The position numbers and the translations under genes are program-made. A stretch of DNA of 64,000 nt from Tagaea sp. (GTDB lineage: Bacteria > Pseudomonadota > Alphaproteobacteria > CACIAM-22H2). The notes under the pieces were generated by a model. That model saw nothing but the letters and a program-made list of their open reading frames with translations, was not told where the DNA came from and ran no database searches. Below are positions 1-9,675 of the stretch, piece after piece. Location: NCBI GenBank assembly GCA_965279525.1, contig CBDIIB010000004.1, positions 896,001 to 960,000 of the forward strand. Reading direction: 5' to 3'. Every line of letters begins with the position of its first letter. Position 1 is the stretch's first letter.

Positions 1-148
1 CATAGAACGCGTCACAATCGATGTGGGCGAGCGTGAGATCCTCCAGTTCGGGATGCCGCGCGATGCGTGTCGATCCGCAGTTCCCGCAACGCACGGCACG
101 TGGATCCTCGATCCGCACGAAGCAGTCGCGGCAAAGGCCCTGCGCCAC
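1..148 (-). CDS. dinB: DNA polymerase IV (DinB), N-terminal fragment; runs off the window edge
   Basis: Not in the ORF track. Manual translation from GTG at 148 gives VAQGLCRDCFVRIEDPRAVRCGNCGSTRIARHPELEDLTLAHIDCDAFY: the Y-family polymerase motif HIDCDAFY preceded by the CxxC...CxxC extension seen in alphaproteobacterial DinB. Confidence 0.9.
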   Translation of the reverse strand, partial: MAQGLCRDCFVRIEDPRAVRCGNCGSTRIARHPELEDLTLAHIDCDAFY

Positions 149-172
149 CGGCGTGGCCCCGCCGGGCCGGCG

Positions 173-1138
173 TCAGCCCGCCAGCTTCGTCGGCTTGGTC
201 GAACGGCCGACGGCAGCAAGCTTGCGTTCGAGACGCTGCATCAGACTGTCGAGTTCCTTGTACTCGTCCGCGTCCATGACGTGGCCGGGCGCACGCAGGT
301 GGGCCGACTTTATGACGCCGCGCCGGCGCAGGACTTCCTTGCGCACGGCAAGGCCGAGACCTGGCTGCTGCTCGTGCCTGACGATCGGAAGATAGATGTC
401 GTAGAGATCCTCGGCTTCCTCCGGCTTTCCCTTCAGGAAGAGATCGACGACCTCGACCAGCATCTCGGGATAGGCGAATCCCGTATTGGCGCCATCGGCG
501 CCCCGGCGCATTTCCTGCGGCAGGTGCAGTGCCGAATTCCCGACCAGGATCGAGATGCGGCGCTTGCGGCTGCCGTCCGTGTCCGCTTTGCGGACCTTCG
601 TGAGCTTGCGCAGGCCCGGCACATCCTCGTGTTTCAGCACCTTGATGGATTCATGGCGCGCGAACAGCCGGTTGATCAGCGATACCGACATGTGGACATT
701 GGTCAGCTGCGGATAGTCCTGGAGCACGATGGGCGTCTCGCCAATCTCGCGCACGACGGCGTCGTAATAGCCCTCGATCTGCTCCTCGTTCTTTAGGCCG
801 GCGATCGGGGCGACCATCACGCCCGCAGCCCCCAGATCCATGACCTTCTTTGTGAAGCCGCCGAGGTTGCGGTTGCCAGCCGACGAGACGCCGACGACGA
901 CCGGAACCTTGCCATTCACGCGCTTTACAACGCGGGCGGCGAAATCGGAGGATTCTTGGGGACTAAGCTTGGGTGCCTCGCCCATGACGCCGAGGATCGT
1001 CATGCCGGTCACCCCGCATTCGAGGTAGAAATCGGTCATGCGCTCGGCGCTGTCGAGATCGAGCTCGCCATTTTCGGTGAACGGCGTCGCCGCGATGATG
1101 TAGACACCCTTTGCGGTCTCGTCGAGCCGTTGCGCCAT
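173..1138 (-). CDS. Dihydrodipicolinate synthase (DapA/NanA)-family class I aldolase/lyase
   Basis: TPF...GVMGE, LQDYP and Schiff-base Lys in VLKHED; start taken at the ATG of MAQRLDE (1138). Confidence 0.85.
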   Translation of the reverse strand: MAQRLDETAKGVYIIAATPFTENGELDLDSAERMTDFYLECGVTGMTILGVMGEAPKLSPQESSDFAARVVKRVNGKVPVVVGVSSAGNRNLGGFTKKVMDLGAAGVMVAPIAGLKNEEQIEGYYDAVVREIGETPIVLQDYPQLTNVHMSVSLINRLFARHESIKVLKHEDVPGLRKLTKVRKADTDGSRKRRISILVGNSALHLPQEMRRGADGANTGFAYPEMLVEVVDLFLKGKPEEAEDLYDIYLPIVRHEQQPGLGLAVRKEVLRRRGVIKSAHLRAPGHVMDADEYKELDSLMQRLERKLAAVGRSTKPTKLAG

Positions 1139-1151
1139 TCGCTTGTCCTCC

Positions 1152-1167
1152 GGGCCTGTGGTTTGCA
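1152..1167 (+). promoter_or_regulatory. Possible sigma-54 (-24/-12) promoter upstream of the hydantoinase
   Basis: GGGCCTGTGGTTTGCA has GG-N10-GC spacing and TTGCA, but the -24 half is degenerate. Confidence 0.3.
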
Positions 1168-1220
1168 ATGCTTCATACCGCGAAGCGCCCCCGCAACGGA
1201 AGGGGCCGGGAGACGAGCGA

Positions 1221-2672
1221 ATGGCTGCTTATGACCGTGTGATAAGGGGGGGGCGACTTGCCACCGCTGGCGACGTTTACGTCGCCGACGTAGGTATAAA
1301 GGACGGAAAAATCGCGGCGATCGGGCACGATCTGCCGCGCGGAGAGGACGAGACCGACGCGCGCGGCCGGATCGTCACGCCCGGCGGTATAGACAGCCAT
1401 GTCCATATCGCACAGGTCTCGGGCATGGGCGTGTGGACCGCCGACGACTTCGAGTCGGGCACGCGCTCGGCGATGTGCGGCGGAACCACGACGACGATCT
1501 CGTTCGCCGCCCAGCATCGCGGCCAGTCGCTGCGCAAGGTGGTCGACGAGTATCACGCGCGCGCGGCAGGCAAGACCTATATCGACTACGCTTTCCACCT
1601 GATCGTATCGGACCCGACCGAGCAGGTTCTCGGGCAGGAACTTCCCGCCCTGATCGCCGACGGACTGACATCGTTCAAGATCTACACGACCTACGACGCG
1701 CTGAAGCTGTCGGACCGCCAGATCCTCGACATCCTCGCCCTCGCCCGCCGACACAACGCAATGACGATGGTCCATTGCGAGAATCACGACGCGATGACAT
1801 GGCTTGCCGAGAAGCTGATCGCATCGGGTCGCACGCGGCCGAAATACCACTGCTTCAGCCACAACATGCCGGTCGAGCGCGAGGCCACGCATCGCGTGAT
1901 CGCGTTGGCCGAGATGCTCGACACACCCGTGCTGATCGTCCACGTTTCGGGACGCGAGGCGATGGACGAGATCCGGCGCGCCCGCGCGCGCGGCCTGAAG
2001 GTCTTTGCGGAAACCTGCCCGCAGTACCTGTTCCTGACACAGGACGACCTAGACAAGTCGGGATTCGATGGAGCGATGTGCATGTGCTCGCCCCCGCCGC
2101 GGGACAAGATCAACCAGGAATATGTCTGGGCCGGCCTGCGCGAGGGGCTATTCGACGTCTACTCGTCGGACCACGCGCCCTATCGCTTCAACGACCCGCA
2201 AGGCAAGAAGGTCGCCGGCACGGACGCGAACTTCAAGAAGATCCCCAACGGCGTTCCGGGGCTGGAGATCCGCATGCCGCTGCTGTTCGCCGAAGGTGTC
2301 CTCAAAGGCCGGCTGTCACTCGAGAAGTTCGTGGCCGTCACTGCGACTAATCCGGCGAAGCTTTACGGCCTCTATCCGCAGAAGGGTGCCATCGCGGTCG
2401 GCGGTGACGCCGACCTTGTGGTCTGGGACCACGAGCGCGAGTTGACAGTGAGCCAGAGCCTTCTGCATGACGCGATGGATTACACGCCTTACGAAGGCAT
2501 GAAGGTCAAGGGTTGGGTCGATCTCGTCTTCTCGCGCGGCGAGCTTGTCGCGAAGGGCGGCAATCCGGTCGCCAAGCCCGGGCGCGGCCGCTATCTTCCG
2601 CACGGCCCGTCGGACTGGTCCAAGCCGCTCGGCCGCTCCATCTTCCCCGAAGACATATCGGATATCTTCTGA
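1221..2672 (+). CDS. hydA: Dihydropyrimidinase / D-hydantoinase
   Basis: PGGIDSHVH, SFKIY (carboxylated Lys), VHCEN, VHVS, ETCPQY, SSDHAP, TNPAKLYGLYPQKG; ATG at 1221 after GGGAG. Confidence 0.92.
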   Translation: MAAYDRVIRGGRLATAGDVYVADVGIKDGKIAAIGHDLPRGEDETDARGRIVTPGGIDSHVHIAQVSGMGVWTADDFESGTRSAMCGGTTTTISFAAQHRGQSLRKVVDEYHARAAGKTYIDYAFHLIVSDPTEQVLGQELPALIADGLTSFKIYTTYDALKLSDRQILDILALARRHNAMTMVHCENHDAMTWLAEKLIASGRTRPKYHCFSHNMPVEREATHRVIALAEMLDTPVLIVHVSGREAMDEIRRARARGLKVFAETCPQYLFLTQDDLDKSGFDGAMCMCSPPPRDKINQEYVWAGLREGLFDVYSSDHAPYRFNDPQGKKVAGTDANFKKIPNGVPGLEIRMPLLFAEGVLKGRLSLEKFVAVTATNPAKLYGLYPQKGAIAVGGDADLVVWDHERELTVSQSLLHDAMDYTPYEGMKVKGWVDLVFSRGELVAKGGNPVAKPGRGRYLPHGPSDWSKPLGRSIFPEDISDIF

Positions 2673-3631
2673 TGCCGCCAATGCAGCTCGTTCCCCGTAT
2701 CGTCAGCGTCGGTGCCGCCCAGATGGGGCCGATCGCACGCGCCGAAACCCGTGCGTCCTGCGTCGAGCGGATGATCGCCATGCTTCGGGACGCCGCGCGC
2801 AAAAGCTGCCAGATCGTGGTGTTTCCGGAGCTGGCCCTGACCACCTTCTTCCCGCGCTGGTTGATGTCCGACTGGCGCGAGGTCGATGCGTTCTTCGAGA
2901 CGGAGATGCCGAACGCCGCCGTCAAGCCGCTGTTCGACGAGGCAAAGCGCCTGAAGATTGGATTCTATCTCGGTTATGCCGAGAAGACGCCCGAGGGACG
3001 GCGTTTCAACACGGCGATCCTTGTCGACCGCGAGGGCGCCATCGTCGGCAAGTACCGGAAGATCCATCTTCCCGGCCACGCCGAGAACGAGCCCGAGCGC
3101 CCGTTCCAGCATCTCGAGAAGCGTTATTTCGAGCCAGGCGACATCGGCTTTCCCGTCTGGCGGACGATGGGCGGCATCGTCGGCATGGCCGTCTGCAACG
3201 ACCGGCGCTGGCCCGAGACCTACCGCGTGATGGGTCTCAAGGGAATGGAACTGATGCTGCTCGGCTACAACACTCCGGCAATCAACGGCTGGGCGATGGT
3301 CCACTCCGCGCCGGAGCCTGAGCATCTACGCCAGTTCCACAACCAACTCGTCATGCAGGCCGGCGCATACCAGAATTCCACCTGGGTCGTCGCGACCGCG
3401 AAAGCCGGGATCGAGGAAGGCTGCTCGTTGATCGGGGGGAGTTGCATCGTGGCACCCACCGGCGAGATCGTGGCGCTTGCCCGCTCGGTCGCGGACGAAC
3501 TGATCGTCGCCGATTGCGACCTCAGCCTGTGCACCTACGGCAAGGAGACGACGTTCGCCTTTTCGAAGCACCGCCGGATCGAGCACTACGGCCTGATCGC
3601 AAGCCAGACCGGCGTCATCGAGCCGAAATGA
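2672..3631 (+). CDS. N-carbamoyl-D-amino acid amidohydrolase (nitrilase superfamily)
   Basis: FPELALTTFFPRW, KYRKIHLPGH, CNDRRWPE (Glu-Lys-Cys triad); TGATG overlap with hydA. Confidence 0.9.
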   Translation: MPPMQLVPRIVSVGAAQMGPIARAETRASCVERMIAMLRDAARKSCQIVVFPELALTTFFPRWLMSDWREVDAFFETEMPNAAVKPLFDEAKRLKIGFYLGYAEKTPEGRRFNTAILVDREGAIVGKYRKIHLPGHAENEPERPFQHLEKRYFEPGDIGFPVWRTMGGIVGMAVCNDRRWPETYRVMGLKGMELMLLGYNTPAINGWAMVHSAPEPEHLRQFHNQLVMQAGAYQNSTWVVATAKAGIEEGCSLIGGSCIVAPTGEIVALARSVADELIVADCDLSLCTYGKETTFAFSKHRRIEHYGLIASQTGVIEPK

Positions 3632-3684
3632 CGGATCAGAACTTCGCCGTCACGCCCGAACAGGTCGGCCGCAGACGCTGATCC

Positions 3685-4344
3685 CTACCAGCCGATCTGG
3701 ACGCGCGCGACGGCCATGCCAACAGCCGCTTGCGTCGGCTCGACGACAGGAATGCCGATCGCTTCCTGCAACCGGTCGCGATACTGCGCCATTCCGGCAC
3801 AACCCATCACGACGACATCCGCCCCATCCCGTTCGCGCAGGTCGCGGCCGACCTCGATCATCCGGGAGAGCGTGCGGGAGTCGTCGGAAAGCTCGGCCAC
3901 CGTCAACCCAATCGGCCGGTCGCCGGCAAAGCGCGCCTCGAGGCCACGGGTTCCGACATAGCGCAGATGGCGCGGAACCGAGCGCGGCAGGATCGCGATG
4001 ATGCCGAATCTCTCGCCCAACGTCAGTGCTGTCAGCATCCCGCATTCGGCGATGCCGAGTACGGGCCGCTTGGTCGCCTCGCGTGCGGCATAGAGACCGG
4101 GATCGCTGAAGCAGGCGACCACGAATGCGTCGCAGTCATTGTCCCTTGTAGCGATCGCCCTGCACAGCGGGGCGACAACGCTCTCGACATGGGCCTGCGT
4201 CTCGATGCCGGGCGGGCCTTCGGCCAGCGTCACGCATTCGATCTCTGGGCCACCAGTCGTGCGCATCGGCGCCACGGCTGCATCGATCCCTGCGGTGACG
4301 TTGCGGTTCGAGTTTGGATTGATCACGAGGATGCGCTTGGCCAT
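3685..4344 (-). CDS. Asp/Glu/hydantoin racemase family protein
   Basis: INPNS, ACFSDPG and MGCAGM (two catalytic Cys). Confidence 0.88.
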   Translation of the reverse strand: MAKRILVINPNSNRNVTAGIDAAVAPMRTTGGPEIECVTLAEGPPGIETQAHVESVVAPLCRAIATRDNDCDAFVVACFSDPGLYAAREATKRPVLGIAECGMLTALTLGERFGIIAILPRSVPRHLRYVGTRGLEARFAGDRPIGLTVAELSDDSRTLSRMIEVGRDLRERDGADVVVMGCAGMAQYRDRLQEAIGIPVVEPTQAAVGMAVARVQIGW

Positions 4345-4375
4345 CAAGCGGTTCTCCTAGCGGAATGCCGCGTGT

Positions 4376-5008
4376 CTACTTCGTGCCGAAGAGCCGGTCG
4401 CCGGCATCGCCAAGACCCGGAATGATGTACCCATGATCATTGAGGTGGCTGTCTTGCGCAGCCGCATAGATCGTCACGTCCGGATGATTGGCGTGCATCT
4501 CCTTGACGCCCTCGGGTGCCGCAAGCAGGCACACGAACTTGATCGAGCTTGCACCGGACTGCTTGACGCGCGTGACGGCCGCGACCGCAGAGTGTCCGGT
4601 CGCCAGCATCGGATCAAGGACGAGGACGTCGCGCTGCGCTACGTCCTCGGGAAGCTTGCAGTAGTACTCGACCGCGGCAAGCGTCTGAGGGTCGCGGTAG
4701 AGGCCGATATGACCTACGCGGGCAGACGGCAGTATCTCGAGCATGCCGTCGAGAATGCCATTTCCGGCACGCAGAACCGAGACAAGGCAGATCTCCTTGC
4801 CCGCGAGCGTCGGCGCCCGCATTTTCTGTATCGGCGTTTCTATCTCGACCGTGGTCAACGTCCGATCGCGGGTCGCCTCGTAGGCAAGCAGCATCGCGAT
4901 CTCGCGCACCAGACGACGGAAATCGCGCGTTTCGGTTTCCTTTCGGCGCAACTGCGTCAGCTTGTGCTGGATCAGCGGATGCCCGACCACATGCAGCGAA
5001 CCCGACAT
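4376..5008 (-). CDS. upp: Uracil phosphoribosyltransferase
   Basis: [38 protein letters not shown]. Confidence 0.96.
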   Translation of the reverse strand: MSGSLHVVGHPLIQHKLTQLRRKETETRDFRRLVREIAMLLAYEATRDRTLTTVEIETPIQKMRAPTLAGKEICLVSVLRAGNGILDGMLEILPSARVGHIGLYRDPQTLAAVEYYCKLPEDVAQRDVLVLDPMLATGHSAVAAVTRVKQSGASSIKFVCLLAAPEGVKEMHANHPDVTIYAAAQDSHLNDHGYIIPGLGDAGDRLFGTK

Positions 5009-5026
5009 TGCCCTTCGACTCCCCGG

Positions 5027-6253
5027 TTAGAAGATCGTTCCGTCGCTTTCGACCGCTAACGGCGGCTTGCCGCCCGCACGCCGCTCGGCGGCAATGCGCC
5101 GGCCGGCGGTCCAGGTCCCGCCCTGCAGAACCTTCGCCAGCGGAAACTCCTCCGCCGTCAACCCGAGCTTCTCGCGAACGAGTTCGGCGATCTTGTCGAG
5201 CAGGACGACGGTCAGCGCCCGCCACTCGACAATCAACTCACTGTTCGCGGCATAGGCCTGGCCGGATGCCGTCGGATCGCGCAGCGATATCACGCCCGTA
5301 TCGAGGAACAATCCGCCATTCCGGTATTCGGGCAGACCTGTCAGCGCATCCAGTTCGACGATCTCCAGGCCGAGCGATTCGAACGGTTCAAGCAACGAAT
5401 AGGTCAGCCACTGGCTGAGCTTGTGGAACGGCACCATTCCCTCGGTGGCCGCCGGATGTTCGCCGACATCGCCGACATTGACGCCATCGACGACGACCCG
5501 GGCCGGCCATGCATCGGCCAGTCCCTCCAGCAGGACGGCGAGAATGCGTGCCGCCGGCAACTTGCCGTCGCGCGCTTCGCCTGAAAGCAAGTCGGCCAGA
5601 TTGCCGATGCGCGGCTGAGCGCCGAAGATGTCGGGGCGCTTTGCGATCGCCACGCCGAGATTCCGCATCAAGGCTGCGCGCCCTTCGAGCCCGACGAGCT
5701 TGTTGCTCTCGCCGACCTTGAAGCCTTTTGCGAGCCGCTCGCCATCGAAGCGACGCAGACCGACGGCATCGGCACGATACGGATTGTCGAACGAGGCAGA
5801 GAACGCGCCCGATGCGAACATGTCGAAACTTGCGACTGCCAGACCTTCGGAGCGCGTGAAGACACCATCCTTTGTCCGGTACTTCCAGTCCGAGCCCGCG
5901 CCAGCATCGAGCAGCACGCTCGTCACGGCGAGATCGATCGCGACCCGTGCACGCTCGAGCTTGTCTTCGGGCAGGTTCGCCAGCAATCGCTTCCAGCGAT
6001 CGATGCCCCCGACCCCGAAATGCCGCCAACGCGAATGATATGGGATTTCGAGCGACGGATAGTCGCGACGGATCGACCCCACGGTCAGTTCGGCCGCCCG
6101 ATCGAGCTTTGAAAGATCAACGTTGAAGTGGGCAGACTTGCCGCGGCTTGCGGCCGCGAATATCTCGCCCGACCGCTGCCGGATCGTGGCAGGGTCGCGA
6201 AGCGTGCGCACGCGCGGGCTGGGCCCGGCGATTTCTGGACGATCAAGTGGCAT
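5027..6253 (-). CDS. URC4/Urg3-family protein (DUF1688), uracil catabolism
   Basis: IPYHSRWRHF, SVLLDAGAG, RSEGLAVAS, FHKLSQWLTYSL, TGLPEYRNGGL, LQGGTW; start at ATG 6253 directly after the URC1 stop. Confidence 0.88.
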   Translation of the reverse strand: MPLDRPEIAGPSPRVRTLRDPATIRQRSGEIFAAASRGKSAHFNVDLSKLDRAAELTVGSIRRDYPSLEIPYHSRWRHFGVGGIDRWKRLLANLPEDKLERARVAIDLAVTSVLLDAGAGSDWKYRTKDGVFTRSEGLAVASFDMFASGAFSASFDNPYRADAVGLRRFDGERLAKGFKVGESNKLVGLEGRAALMRNLGVAIAKRPDIFGAQPRIGNLADLLSGEARDGKLPAARILAVLLEGLADAWPARVVVDGVNVGDVGEHPAATEGMVPFHKLSQWLTYSLLEPFESLGLEIVELDALTGLPEYRNGGLFLDTGVISLRDPTASGQAYAANSELIVEWRALTVVLLDKIAELVREKLGLTAEEFPLAKVLQGGTWTAGRRIAAERRAGGKPPLAVESDGTIF

Positions 6254-6254
6254 G

Positions 6255-7547
6255 TCAGCTATCAAGCCCGCGGCCCTTGGTGTCGGCAAGCTTGCGTGCA
6301 TCAGGAGGCTCGCTGCCGGAGAAGTAACCCGCCGCTTTCTTCGCTTCCATTTCGACGCTCGCATCCGCGGGCACGAGGCCTGCCGGAATCTCGACCTGCT
6401 CGACGATTTCGATACCGCTGCGGGTCAGCGCCTCGGACTTCATGTTGCTCATCGACGCGAAACGGTCGATACGCGAAATTCCCAGCCAATGAATCACGTC
6501 TGGCATCAACTCCTGAAAACGCATGTCCTGCACGCCGGCGACACACTCTGTCCGTTTGAAATATGTGGCGGCCTGGTCGCCGCCTTCCTGGCGCTTGCGC
6601 GCGTTGTAGACCAGGAACTTGGTGACCTCGCCGAGCGCACGGCCTTCCTTGCGATTGTAGACGATGAAACCGACGCCGCCGCGCTGGGCGGTCTCGATCG
6701 CAACCTCGATGCCGTGCGCCAGATAGGGCCGGCACGTGCAGATATCTGACCCGAACACGTCGGAGCCGTTGCACTCGTCGTGCACGCGGCCGCCGATCTC
6801 CGTCTTCGGATCTCCAAGTTTCGAGACGTCGCCGAAGAGATAGACGGTCGTACCGCCGATCGGCGGCAGGAAGACCTTCATGTCCGAACGCGTCACAAGC
6901 TCCGGGAACATCCCGCCCGTATACTCGAACAGGCCGCTACGCAGTTCGGCTTCGGCGATGCCGAAGCGGCGGGCAATGCCGGGCAGATACCAGACCGGCT
7001 CGATCGCGACCTTGGTCGTGCGCACGTCGCCTGTCGCTTCGACGATTCGACCATCCGGCTTGAGACGGCCAGCGGCGAGAGCTCCCTGCAGTTCCGGCAT
7101 GTTGATGTGCGCGCGCGTGACCGCGATCGTCGGCCGGATGTCGTAGCCCTGCGCCAGCAATCCACTGAAAACATCCCCGACCATGTGGCCATAGGGATCG
7201 ATGCTGACGATTTTTGCAGGATCCGACCATTGCGCGAACGGGCCGATCGGCTCGGCTGGCGCCGTATTGGTAAGGTCGGGTTTATGCAGCGGCGAAAGGG
7301 CGCCCGCCGCCACTGCGAGCGCACGATAGAGCATATAACTGCCCGAATGCGTCCCGATGACGTTGCGATGCTGCGGGTTGCCGACGGTCCCGATAACCGG
7401 CCCACGCGCCTGCGCTCCTCCGGCCCCCCACTCGATCTTGAGTGGCTGCGGCCCGCTCTTGGACGGGTGCGAGGTCAGGACGATGTGCTTGGACTTCTTG
7501 GGCGGCTCGGCCGCGACGTGCATCGCGGACGTGTCCGGGGAAGGCAT
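6255..7547 (-). CDS. URC1-type GTP cyclohydrolase II-like protein (N-terminal extension plus cyclohydrolase domain)
   Basis: RNVIGTHSGSY N-terminal domain; RVHDECNGSDVFGSDICTC Zn-binding motif; KEGRALG; DMRFQELM. Confidence 0.88.
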   Translation of the reverse strand: MPSPDTSAMHVAAEPPKKSKHIVLTSHPSKSGPQPLKIEWGAGGAQARGPVIGTVGNPQHRNVIGTHSGSYMLYRALAVAAGALSPLHKPDLTNTAPAEPIGPFAQWSDPAKIVSIDPYGHMVGDVFSGLLAQGYDIRPTIAVTRAHINMPELQGALAAGRLKPDGRIVEATGDVRTTKVAIEPVWYLPGIARRFGIAEAELRSGLFEYTGGMFPELVTRSDMKVFLPPIGGTTVYLFGDVSKLGDPKTEIGGRVHDECNGSDVFGSDICTCRPYLAHGIEVAIETAQRGGVGFIVYNRKEGRALGEVTKFLVYNARKRQEGGDQAATYFKRTECVAGVQDMRFQELMPDVIHWLGISRIDRFASMSNMKSEALTRSGIEIVEQVEIPAGLVPADASVEMEAKKAAGYFSGSEPPDARKLADTKGRGLDS

Positions 7548-7638
7548 GCGTAATTCTCCGACGTCCTAAAAAGAGACTATGCCGTATTTAACGGCAACTC
7601 GGAAGTCCAAACGCTAAAGGGTTGAAATAATTAAACCG

Positions 7639-8562
7639 TCATCGCGCGAATTGGGCATCAGCCATGCTCTGGACAGCCATCGTTCCGGATCGTCCGTCGA
7701 CACTCCCCTGGATGAGATCGGAGACCGGAACCGGCTGCCCTGCAAGGGCGTTTGCCTCTTCGGCCAGATTCACGAACCGTACACCGCGCTCGGCAGCCGC
7801 ATCGAGAAAGCGCTCGAACCATCCGGAATAGTGCATTCCCTCGAGTTCCGCATGCCCGGTAAATGCGTTGAGAGCGCCGGGAACCAACCGGTCCAAATAG
7901 GCCTCGATCAACCGATCCTCAGGAAACTCCGGGCGTCCGATAAGTTCGTCGAGTGTCGGCAGCGTCGTCGGCATTTGCAGGGTCCGGAACGTGCGCCCGC
8001 CTGCCCTTGGCAGGAACGGCGATAGGCCGCGTGCATCCGAGGCGTAGTCGAGCCCGGCTTCGTCGTAGACCGCCAGGCTTTTCGCGTCAGCCTGCCATCC
8101 GGCCGCACCTGCCGTGCGCGCCGGTTGGCCGAAAATGCGCTCGTAGGCGGCACGGGCCTTTGCAAAGTCGCGGCGGACGGAATCGACGGTCATCTTGGCA
8201 AGTCCATCCTGCCATCGAACGTGATCCCAGCAATGTATTCCCGTCTCGTGCCCTGCATTTGCGATTGCACGCATCGCGTCTGCATTGCGCCGCCCGATGT
8301 CCGGCCCCGGCAGAAGGACGCCATTCATCAGCGTCCGTACGCCGTAGAGCTTGATCACGCTCGTCCGACTGACCTTGGAGAAGAAGCCAGGCCGGAAGAT
8401 CCGCCGGATTGCCCTGCCGGTATTGTCCGGTCCGAGAGAGAATAGGAAGGTTCCGCGTATCGAATGGCGATCCATTGCACGCGCAAGGGGTGCTATTCCT
8501 TCCCGCGTCCCGCGATCAGTGTCGACGTCGATCTTGATCGCGAGGCGGGTCGGCTCTGCCAT
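7639..8562 (-). CDS. arnD: ArnD-like deformylase (polysaccharide deacetylase family)
   Basis: KIDVDT, GIHCWDHVRWQD, PTTLPTLDELIG, HAELEG; last gene of the arn operon. Confidence 0.85.
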   Translation of the reverse strand: MAEPTRLAIKIDVDTDRGTREGIAPLARAMDRHSIRGTFLFSLGPDNTGRAIRRIFRPGFFSKVSRTSVIKLYGVRTLMNGVLLPGPDIGRRNADAMRAIANAGHETGIHCWDHVRWQDGLAKMTVDSVRRDFAKARAAYERIFGQPARTAGAAGWQADAKSLAVYDEAGLDYASDARGLSPFLPRAGGRTFRTLQMPTTLPTLDELIGRPEFPEDRLIEAYLDRLVPGALNAFTGHAELEGMHYSGWFERFLDAAAERGVRFVNLAEEANALAGQPVPVSDLIQGSVDGRSGTMAVQSMADAQFAR

Positions 8563-8575
8563 CGGCGAGAATTGA

Positions 8576-9634
8576 CTAGACCGGCGTGCCGGTCAGGTCG
8601 CCGGTATCCTTCTGGCGGCCCAGCAGATAGTAGTCGAGTGTCTTTCGCAGTGCCGTCCGCAGATCGGTCTTCGGTGTCCACCCCAGATATTTGCGCGCGT
8701 TCTCGATTGCCGGGACGCGGACCTGGATATCCTCGTAGCCCTTGCCGTAGTAGCCATCGGGATCCACGTCGACGAGCTTGATGCGGGACTTCACGTCCGC
8801 ATAGCCGTCATAGTCCTTGATCACGTCGAGAAGGATCTCCGCAAGTTCGCGCATGGAGAAGTCGTTGCGCGGATCGCCGATATTGAAAATCCGGTTGTCA
8901 GCGCAGCCTTCGTCGTTGGCGATGATTTTCGCAAGCGCGTCCATCGCGTCGTCGATATAGAGGAAGCAGCGCCGCTGTGCGCCGCCGGCGACGAGGCTGA
9001 TGTTCTCCCCGCGCACGATGTTGCCGACAAACTGCGTGAGCACGCGCGAGGAGCCCTCTTTCGCAGCCCAGATGTTGTCGAGCTTCGGTCCGATCCAGTT
9101 GAACGGGCGGAATAGCGTATAGCGCAATTCGTTCTTCGATCCGTAGGCGTAGATGACGCGGTCGAGGAGCTGCTTGGAGCACGAATAGATCCAGCGCTGC
9201 TTGTGGATCGGCCCGAGAACGAAGTTCGACGATTCCTCGTCGAACGGCGTATCGGTCGACATGCCGTAGACTTCCGAGGTCGACGGGAACAGCACGCGCT
9301 TGCCGTACTTCACGCAGTCGCGGACGATCGCGAGATTCGCCTCGAAATCGAGTTCGAAGACTTTCAGCGGCTGCTGGACATAGGTGATTGGTGTGGCGAT
9401 CGCGACGAGCGGCAGGACCACGTCGCACTTCTTGACGTGGTACTCGACCCACTCGCGGTTGATCGTGATGTCGCCTTCGACGAAGCTGAACCGCGGATTG
9501 CCGAGGCAGTCCTCGATCTTGTCCTTCTGGATGTCCATCCCGTAGACCGACCAGTCAGTGGTCTTCAAGATGCGTTCGGACAGGTTGGAGCCGACGAAGC
9601 CGTTGACGCCAAGAATAAGGACTTTGAGACCCAA
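8576..9634 (-). CDS. arnA: UDP-glucuronate oxidase/decarboxylase (ArnA C-terminal domain as a separate protein)
   Basis: LILGVNGFVG, VFELDFEANL, FPSTSEVYG, RWIYSCSKQLLDRVI, RPFNWIGP; TTG start. Confidence 0.92.
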   Translation of the reverse strand: MGLKVLILGVNGFVGSNLSERILKTTDWSVYGMDIQKDKIEDCLGNPRFSFVEGDITINREWVEYHVKKCDVVLPLVAIATPITYVQQPLKVFELDFEANLAIVRDCVKYGKRVLFPSTSEVYGMSTDTPFDEESSNFVLGPIHKQRWIYSCSKQLLDRVIYAYGSKNELRYTLFRPFNWIGPKLDNIWAAKEGSSRVLTQFVGNIVRGENISLVAGGAQRRCFLYIDDAMDALAKIIANDEGCADNRIFNIGDPRNDFSMRELAEILLDVIKDYDGYADVKSRIKLVDVDPDGYYGKGYEDIQVRVPAIENARKYLGWTPKTDLRTALRKTLDYYLLGRQKDTGDLTGTPV

Positions 9635-9675
9635 GGGGACCGACTCCCGCGAGACAGGATATGACGCGGGCGGTT

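Noticed and set aside
6255-7547. Annotation as riboflavin ribA
   Set aside because: The N-terminal extension and linkage to DUF1688 and upp mark it as URC1-type
7595-7610. Sigma-54-like TTGGAC...TTGC upstream of URC1
   Set aside because: GG-to-GC spacing is 11, not 10
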